Shown: positions 55,521-64,000 of the stretch, piece after piece | Numbering within the stretch: the first letter of the stretch is position 1 | Layout: every line of letters starts with the position of its first letter | Assembly (NCBI GenBank): GCA_964016885.1 | Contig: OZ024757.1 | Coordinates: 43,338,001-43,402,000 of the forward strand | DNA length: 64,000 nt | From: Eledone cirrhosa | Lineage: Eukaryota | Reading direction: 5' to 3' | The notes under the pieces: model-generated | What the model was told of the DNA's origin: nothing | Databases searched by the model: none | The model's input: only the letters and a program-made list of their open reading frames with translations | Program-made: the position numbers and the translations under genes

Positions 55521-55526
<6 letters not shown>
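54542..55526 (+). mobile_element. Internal RTE RT fragment, near-identical inverted duplicate of ~39562-40530
   Basis: Same peptides (STTDAPFLV, VLSPPLF) and same frameshift (SGEMAM). Flanked by TA tracts. Confidence 0.93.
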
Positions 55527-55557
<31 letters not shown>

Positions 55558-55907
55558 CACATTACATATATATAAATATATATATATACATACACATTAC
55601 ATATATATATATATATATTAGAAAGTGAGGTTTTTTTTTACAAAATGAAAAATAACCGAGGTGTCCTACATGAGTGAAAGTATAAAGAAAAAAAGATGAA
55701 ATCGAAAATGCAACTGAGTCTTATTTAAAAAAAAAATATATATATTTATTTGGTTCCTTTACCGGTTTCGCAGTTCTATACATACACATTACATATACAT
55801 ATATATATATATATACACATTACATATATATATATATATACATACACATTACATATATATATATAATCAGGTCATCTAAAATGAGGATGATGAAAACAGT
55901 TTTGATA

Positions 55908-56400
55908 GTAATGCTGTAGTTATAGCTAACATTAATGAGGGACAAATGTGTGTGTGTATCTGTGTGTATGTGTCTTTGTATGTGTGTATATATGTGTGTA
56001 ATGCTGTAGTTATAGCTAACATTAATGAGGGACAAATGTGTGTGTGTATCTGTGTGTATGTGTCTTTGTATGTGTGTATATATGTGTGTAATGCTGTAGT
56101 TATAGCTAACATTAATGAGGGACAAATGTGTGTGTGTGTCTGTGTGTATGTGTCTTTGTATGTGTGTAATGCTGTAGTTATAGCTAACATTAATGAGGGA
56201 CAAATGTGTGTGTGTGTATCTGTGTGTATGTGTCTTTGTATGTGTGTATATATGTGTGTAATGCTGTAGTTATAGCTAACATTAATGAGGGACAAATGTG
56301 TGTGTGTGTATCTGTGTGTATGTGTCTTTGTATGTGTGTATATATGTGTGTAATGCTGTAGTTATAGCTAACATTAATGAGGGACAAATGTGTATGTGTG
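55908..56400. repeat. ~90-bp minisatellite, ~6 copies
   Basis: gtaatgctgtagttatagctaacattaatgagggacaaat plus a variable (GT) tract. Confidence 0.93.
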
Positions 56401-58133
56401 TATCTGTGTGTATGTGTGTATATATGTGTGTATGAGTCTATATGTGTATGTATGTGTGTGTGTGTTTATTATCATAACTATCTTTTTCATCTTCCTATTA
56501 AATTATTTCTATGGAAGCAACGATTGGGGTGTATCTGTATATATATATATAACGAAGGAAGTGTGGTAAGGAACCAGCTGGACCAATAACGCACCAGAGT
56601 ACTCATTAGGGTAGTTAGGTAATAGGAAAATGTTTAACCCCAACGGCAGAGCTCAAGCAGTTTCGACGAAACGGCTTGAGCTCTGTCATCAGGATTAAAC
56701 ATTTTCTTATATATATATCTGTTAGAACACGAAAAGTGTGAAACAACAGAATGTTCACTTTTCGTGTTCTAACATATATGCCTAGCTTCTTTAAAAATTT
56801 TTCGGGGATAGCCGTGGTGGTGGTGATCGTATGTCATTGGCTAATTTTCAACCAATCAGAGTACCTCTCTCTATATCTCTTCCACTGTTACTTACGCCTG
56901 TTTCTCTCTATCTGTTCCGTCTCTATTTATATCTCTTACTCTTTCGCTTTGCACTCCTCCCCTTCAATACCATCTCTCCCCCTCTCTATATATTTGTTAC
57001 TCTATCGCTGCACGCTCCTCTCCTTCAATATATCAATTACACACGCTTTACACTCCTTTATCCCCAGCGCCCCTATATATACATCCCCCCCCCCCTCTCC
57101 CGCATCTATATTTTAATGTACCGTTGCACCGTGAATATATGTGTCTATATATATATACATATATATTGTATATACACATTCATGTATGTGTATACACACT
57201 CATGTATGTATATACACTGGTTTTATGTGTGTATTGTAAATTTGTACTGTTAAAACACGAAACTAACATTCGATTGACACTTTGATTACCTGTACAGGCA
57301 ATAGTTATTAGAATGCTGTTGAAGTGTGTATATATTTTTGGGGGACATCCTGTATATACACACATTATATATAATACAATAAACAGATAAATACACACAT
57401 ATATATATGAGCTTATTTAATTATAAATATTGTGAATTTTTAACTCAGTTCAATTATATATATAAATGGCTTCTACAGGACTAGAACTGTTTCATTCGAA
57501 AGAAATCATCATAATATTGAGAGGGGGGACTAGATAAAATATTTCAAATCCAATGTGTATAAGTTATAAGTTAAAATGTATAAATAGAGACGATAGTGGA
57601 GGTATATCTGTTTAGTGGAACAGTAGACGATAGAATTAAATACAGACGATAATCTCCCTTTAATGAAACAGCAGACGATAGAATTAAGGCAATTTAAATT
57701 TTAAGCATTTGCATTTTTGCATTTCATCGTTACGGGGTCGATAAAATAAAGTACCAGTAATACACTGTCACTATAAGTAGACGACTTTCAAATTGAATTG
57801 TTGGTTCCATTTCTTTAGTATTTTCAATTGTAGTTATCTACTTAAAAAGCGTTACACGGTTAGAGACATAATTGGTAAGTTATATCTTCCCTATTAAACC
57901 ATTGCATTATTTCGCCTACAATAGAACAAAAATGAAATGTTCTTTAAAGAAACAGGAATATAACTTTATAAAAAAAAAAGTTGCATCCGCTTCTTTTATC
58001 ATTGATAATTTTTTCGTTTTAATATTAATTGTTTTTTGTAGTTGTTTATATTAAAAATCTTACTGTAATATTTACTTAAACGAAGGCAAACATCTAAACT
58101 TATAGATTAATCTTGAGCGAAGGACTAGATAAA

Positions 58134-58167
<34 letters not shown>

Positions 58168-58544
58168 AACGAAGAATGATAAAATTTCAAGCAAAGAGTT
58201 TAATTAGGTATATTTTGTAATATTATTAACTAATTATTATAATTAACGCGCATATTTTGCTATCCTCAAACACGTTTACACATGGCATGAAATATAACTA
58301 ATCCGAGATGGCTAGGTTTCATCTTCTAACTGGATATACGAAATCCATTATGTCTTGACAACAACATGAGGTAACATTATGTTATTCACAGACACACTTT
58401 GTACACTGTTTCATATCAGAATGTATTTCCTTCGTCACATTCACAAACAGTATTGAAAATATGTTCTTCGGCAAATAAAAATGTTTTGTTCATAATATTT
58501 CAACTAGCGATTGCTCTACTCCACGCACGACCACCATAAATTAA

Positions 58545-58735
58545 TGACCAGCTCAACACAAGTATTGGTAGAGCGTCAGACACCATGCTTTGCAGTATTG
58601 TTATGGTCCTTTGCATTCTAAGTTCAAATCCTGCCGAGGTTAACTTCGACTTTCATACTTACTAATTCGATAAAATAAAGTACCAGTAATGGACTGCCGT
58701 AATGGATTTGTGCCGAAAAATAGAAACACTATTAA
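58545..58735 (+). mobile_element. tRNA-derived SINE, degenerate
   Basis: tggtagagcgtc, gttcaaatcc and cgataaaataaagtaccagt; collinear with 47080-47290. Confidence 0.7.
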
Positions 58736-59239
58736 TGTGCAATAAGAGCAAAATATAACGACATTGCTCAATTATTTTATCTAATGTTGTAATAACACAA
58801 GGAAATGTTGTTTGTGTATTTTTTTTTATATTTGCTCATAGGCTTTTACAATTTCGCTCAGCCAACAACTATTAAAAAGTGAGTTGCTTAAGATAACAAT
58901 TTAATCACAAATTGTTGCTATCTTTTAATACACTCCAACAAGTCATCAAATTATGTACAATAAAAACAAATCTTATTAATTTGCTCAGGGAATATAAAGA
59001 AAATGTATATACACTGATAATTGCAATTGTATGTAAATATTTTGTTTTTGTATTGTTTATTTTATGTTTTCTATTATGTATAATATATTGATTTAATATT
59101 GATTGTTTTTTGTAGTTGTTTATATTAAAAGTCTGAAAATATTTTTATACATCTTACACTAATATTTATAAGATAATTTATAATAACAATTACATAATCT
59201 AATTACATTACAACGATAATTTATTATTAATATATATCA

Positions 59240-59732
59240 AACCGCCAGACTCTTTCAAAAACGAAAGAGAGGCGGTTTTCCTCTGTACGGTGGCTATGGT
59301 GGACGAGGTTGAGAGGACTGAGGACAGATGCCTTTCTCTCCGGACAACAATTGATTCCATTCTTTAAGTATCACTTTAGAAGGAGAATCAGGGTGGAGAG
59401 AGAGGCACTGCACCCCAGTAAATTTACTGAAAGGTGGGTGAATGAAGCGAAAATGGCCCGAGTGATTGGGCCTTCTCTGTTTATAAGCCTGTAGGTTGAG
59501 GAAGAGAGCAAAAGGAAGAAAGGAGCACTTGCACAGCACACTCCTTGAGTTGAGGGTTGTTCTATCGACGGGGTATTAAACAACCCATTTGTGGCGCCTC
59601 CCCCCCTATTGGGGATTTCGATTGTTGAAATTGTTTGTTTTTATATTTTTTACACGACTGTATGTAAAATCCCCGGCATGTCTTTGTATTGTCCCCTTTC
59701 TTGTTGCGCCCTTGTGGCTAATAAAGAAATCA
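59240..59732 (+). mobile_element. Probable L1/Tx1-group LINE 3' end
   Basis: Decayed frame AVFLCTVAM...FFKYHFRRRIRVERE...KFTERW* followed by a 3' UTR ending AATAAAGAAA. Confidence 0.55.
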
Positions 59733-59787
59733 ATATATATCCTGTTTAACTAGAGTTATTACAAGCGTTGCCTTAAAAAAATATTAA

Positions 59788-60743
59788 ACTAGACATGAAA
59801 AATGCGCAAGCTCAAAAGTGCCACAGAATGTTATAATAAACCTTCAAAAGTGTGGGACTAGAGTTGTTGCTAAAAAATATTGTAATCATTATATATCGTA
59901 CATTCTGTGGCATCCTTTATAAAAATAGCTTAAACCAACGAAGCCTTTATTTTTACGCTATTTCACTTAGTTAATTCTTAGAGTGTAACATATAAAAATA
60001 AATACATCTATGTTTAATGTAATAACAGCTATAAATAATTACGTAATATTATTATCATATACTCATAGTAACAAAATAATTGTGTTGAAACTTAATATGA
60101 TGCTTATATGAACGATCAAATCTATAATGATAATTTCTTAAATATACTAATAGTAAAATAATTTAGTTATCTATTGTTACATTTTCATAGAACTATAATA
60201 TTAACAATCGTATTGCATTATCAAATTTTTATCACTACAAACTTTCATATTGGAATTACCTTAAGCCACTTATTATTACTTCGCTTTCGTACTTTTACAG
60301 CTGTAGATATTGCGCTGTATCTTATATCTAATATCAATATCTCGTGGTAATTTACATGAAGTGTAAAATAGGTTTATTAATAACTTTAATATGAAATGTA
60401 TTATACAGGGCTGCGGAGTCGGCCAAAAATTGACTGGCTCCAACTCAGGATCCGATACTCCATTATTTCCTAAATTTCAGCTCCGCAGCTCTGTTATTAT
60501 ATTAATTAATTTATTTTATAGTTGTAAATCATATTTTTATATGTTACACTCTAAGAATTAACTAAGTGAAATAGCGTAAAAATAAAGGCTTCGTTGGTTT
60601 AAGCTATTTTTATAAAGGATGCCACAGAATGTACGATATATAATGATTACAATATTTTTTAGCAACAACTCTAGTCCCACACTTTTGAAGGTTTATTATA
60701 ACATTCTGTGGCACTTTTGAGCTTGTGCATTTTTCATGTCTAG

Positions 60744-60744
<1 letters not shown>
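59788..60744. mobile_element. Non-autonomous element with ~213-bp terminal inverted repeats
   Basis: 59788-60000 is the reverse complement of 60532-60744, with one mismatch noticed. Confidence 0.88.
60406..60493. mobile_element. Tiny hAT-like MITE nested in the long-TIR element
   Basis: CAGGGCTGCGGAG...CTCCGCAGCTCTG termini. 8-bp flanks gtattata/ttattata (7/8 match). Confidence 0.7.
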
Positions 60745-60810
<66 letters not shown>

Positions 60811-60954
60811 ATATTATTCAAAATATTAATAAATGAGAAATATTATCATAACCAAAGTATATATTTTATTATACATATTTCAAAGGTACAATGGTGTTTC
60901 AGTAAGTTTTCATCAGATAAAAATATATAAGAGATTGGTTATACGACATACCCC

Positions 60955-61540
60955 TAAGGTTGAAGGTCACAGAAAGAGTTATAGCGCAACTAATCAGAGA
61001 ACAAATTGATCTAGATGAAATGCAGTTTGGGTTTGTGTCAGGTAAAACTACTACAGACGCTCTTTTCCTTGTACGGCAACTACAGGAGAAGTACCTAGTT
61101 AAAAGTAAACCCCTATACTTAGCTTTTGTAGACCTGTAGAAAGCCTTTGACAGAGTCCCCCGCTCGATTATCTACTGGGCTCTTAGAAAACTAGGTGTTG
61201 ATGAATGGCTTGTGAGAGCTATACAAGTTATGTATAAAGAAACAGTCAGTAAGGTTAGAATTAACAATGAATATTGTGAAAAATTTAGTGTAAAAGTTGG
61301 TGTTCATCAAGGCTCTGTCCTTAGCCACCCTCCTATTTATTATTGCCCTTCAGGCTATAACAGATGAGTTCAAGAGCGGCTGCACAAGGAAACTCCTATA
61401 CGCAGATGATCTAACTCTCATAGCTGAATCAATGGCTGAACAAGGGAAGGAATTCCAAACATGGAAGCATGGCCTAGAATCAAAAGGCCTTAAAGTTAAC
61501 TTGTCTAAGACTAAAGTTCTAGTTTGTAGAAAGGAAAATG
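60955..61540 (+). mobile_element. RTE RT fragment, disrupted
   Basis: LDEMQFGFVSGKTTTDALFLVRQLQEKY, LLYADDL, KHGLESKGLKVNLSKTKVL. Confidence 0.9.
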
Positions 61541-62040
61541 GCTCAAGCTGAACACCGATGGTTACATCCGCGTTGTGAGCGAGGTAGTAAAGCCCTGGAT
61601 CGACCAGGTAGCTGCAGGTAGGCCGTATGTGTGGCAGCAAGACGTGTGGCGCACTGCCATACCAGCCGAAAGACCTAATCCTGGCTGTCAGAGAACTTCA
61701 TCGACCACATTTCACCCGACATCTGGCCTCCCAGCTCGCCTGGCTGCAACCCCCTCGACGTCTTTGTGTGGGGCGCAGTGGAACGAGACACCAACAGATC
61801 TAGCTGCAATATGAAAGACGATCTGAAGGCCAGGATCACAAGTGTATTTAGGGGACTAAGTCGGGGGACAGTGATGAAGGCCTGTAGCCGGTTCCGAGGT
61901 CGCCTTGAGGCCGTCATCAAAGCCAATGGCGGGTTTATTGAGTGAGATCAAAAGAACAAGTCATGAAAACAAACTGACCCAAGTTTGATAAATATATCTT
62001 AAAAAATAACACTACTGTCATAACAAATATCGTCCGCACC

Positions 62041-62043
<3 letters not shown>
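61540..62043 (+). mobile_element. Tc1/mariner-superfamily (maT/DD37D-like) transposase 3' fragment with right end
   Basis: VKPWIDQVAAGRPYVWQQD, then after a frameshift WPPSSPGCNPLDVFVWG...RLEAVIKANGGFIE*. Terminus caccctg|TA. Confidence 0.85.
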
Positions 62044-62075
<32 letters not shown>

Positions 62076-62219
62076 CATATACATATATACATAACCCATG
62101 CTCCAACTGTCTGGCGGGTTTTCTACGGCTGGATGCCCTTCCTAACACCAAGCATATACTTATATATACATATACATATATATATATATACATATACATA
62201 TATATATATATACATATAC

Positions 62220-62250
<31 letters not shown>

Positions 62251-62251
62251 C

Positions 62252-62297
<46 letters not shown>

Positions 62298-62344
62298 ACA
62301 TATATATACATATACATACATATATATACATATACATATATATA

Positions 62345-62640
62345 CAATATGCCCCCACACGCCCCACTGCAAGGTGGTCGTGGAAGTGCCACGGCAAAAA
62401 AGCACCCAGCCCACACTGTAAAGTGGACGTGTAGGCACCACGGAAAATCACCCAGCACTCACTGTAAATGAGGTTAGTGTTAGGAAGGGCATCCAGCTGT
62501 AGAAATCAAGCCAAATCAGTTCCTGTATGAGCAAGGCATGGTCAGCCGACCAGACACTGCCCACAACAGGACAACCCGTCTAACCCATGCTAGCGTGGAA
62601 GAACGGATGTAAAACGGTGATGATGATGATGATGATGATA
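62345..62640 (+). mobile_element. RTE-related non-autonomous element, inverted twin of 30212-30505
   Basis: Near-identical reverse complement; (GAT)n tail. Confidence 0.85.
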
Positions 62641-62657
62641 TCTCTCTCTATATATAC

Positions 62658-62689
<32 letters not shown>

Positions 62690-62692
<3 letters not shown>

Positions 62693-64000
62693 AGAAGTTT
62701 ATGAAATGGAAATGCGGGTATACAGAATTTATCAGGTAACAATTGTTTCTATAGTGTATGGGTTACCTATATCTCGCTATTTGAATAATATAAAAATATT
62801 ATCATAAACCGAAGGTACACTGTAAGCAAACACACCATTTCGTCAGACCTTTGTATTGGAATGATATGAAAATATTTTATACACTAGATAAAAGATAAAG
62901 AAGGAGGTAGGAAGAGAAGTGGAAGAGGGAAGTGAGTAAGGTGGAGGGAGTCTTAGGATTTAAGACTGTCAGACTAGTAGAGATTGTAAGGAGAGAATGT
63001 TTTGGCAGCAGTTAGCTTAATTAGGCGTGTTAGGGTTGGCGGGGGAAGTAAATTCTTCTAGTGGTGTTGTTCGGACAAAATTTAGTTAAAGGGGTCAAAG
63101 TGGTACAGTGTCACAGACAAGTTATTGGTGCTATTATAGTAGCAGGTTATTTCTAAAGGGGTCCACAAAACATAAAAATAATTGTAACTGCACCAAACCA
63201 GGTACGTGCCCACTGAATAACCAGTGCCTAGCACGCAATATTGTCTACCGATGTACAATAAATTCCGGAACCAACAAATGGTATTACGTCGGATGTACCG
63301 CAACTTCTTTCAAGGCTCGCCTATACCAACATCGATCTTCGATCAGGCACGAGAAAATGCGCTCCGTAACAACCCTCGCCGATAAAGCCTGGCAGCTCCA
63401 GAGGAACAATCAAGCATTCTCCCTTGATTGGCAAATTATTGCAACTGCGCCTGCATATAAGCAAAATCATTGATTCTGCAAGTTATGCAATTTGGAGATA
63501 TACTGCATTTTAACGTCGGTAAACAAACTTTTGAACAGCAAAATTGAACGTTCTCTATACTGTAACCATCGTTTGAAAACGACTTTTTCTTTTTTTTAAA
63601 TGCATATAATGTTACCTTTTTACACCACCGTTTGCAAATTTCTGTTTTATATGTTTATACACAAGATATGGCTTTCTATAATAATAATACTAAACACTGT
63701 TTTCTGGACCCCTTTAGAAATAACCTGCTACTATAATAGCCCCAATAACTTGTCTTTGACACTGTACCACTTTAACTAAATTTTGTCCGAACAACACCAC
63801 TAGAAGAATTTACTTCCCCCGCCAACCCTAACACGCCTCATTAAGCTAACTGCTGCCAAAACATTCTCTCCTTACAATCTCTACTAGTCTGACAGTCTTA
63901 AATCCTAAGACTCCCTCCACCTTACTCACTTCCCTCTTCCACTTCTCTTCCTACCTCCTTCTTTATCTTTTATCTAGTGTATAAAATATTTTCATATCAT
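62690..64000 (+). mobile_element. Penelope-like element: GIY-YIG C-terminal fragment flanked by inverted copies of its 3' repeat
   Basis: CNC..CPL..CL..IVY..YYVG..FKARL..H..W..CKLC..E..LN...C.H at ~63175-63585, with an internal TGA. ~62861-63171 is the reverse complement of ~63698-64000. Confidence 0.88.
62734..62850 (-). ncRNA. Type I hammerhead ribozyme motif with expanded stem II
   Basis: aggu-CUGACGA-a-auggugugu...auacacuau-a-GAAA-C(AAUU)GUU-accu. Confidence 0.7.

Noticed and set aside
57240-57355. Possible Tc1/mariner terminus (ggacatcctg|TA)
   Set aside because: No partner TIR or transposase found, so too weak to annotate.
58545-58640. Possible tRNA gene (box A/B)
   Set aside because: No cloverleaf; collinear with SINE copies.
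63471-63473. In-frame TGA in the Penelope ORF as selenocysteine
   Set aside because: It falls two codons before the CxxC, at a position not expected to be Cys. A CGA>TGA nonsense change in a truncated copy is simpler, and no SECIS was recognised.

Overview
Eukaryotic, repeat-dominated window. The repeat families (RTE and CR1-group LINEs, tRNA-type and CORE-type SINEs, TTAA MITEs, huge TA/CA microsatellites) suggest an octopod cephalopod; this is an inference. Positions 1 to ~27.9 kb are the edge of a composite satellite domain. It holds roughly 700 copies of a GC-rich 30-bp monomer built on the palindrome GCGCATGCGC (an NRF1/EWG-type site), interleaved with an AT-rich satellite of 10-bp-phased A-tracts. 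The array flips orientation many times at re-used junctions, forming nested fold-back palindromes. About 3 kb beyond it lie two minus-strand exons of a divergent SLC35A2-like nucleotide-sugar transporter. The rest is transposon debris: RTE copies with a PHD-like finger, CR1, Tx1/L1, maT/mariner, Penelope GIY-YIG, MITEs and SINEs, plus minisatellites and several hammerhead-ribozyme motifs. Two of these motifs look structurally intact, one with a greatly expanded stem II. Nearly all long ORFs in the track are artefacts of repeats. Repeat boundaries were read by eye and are approximate.
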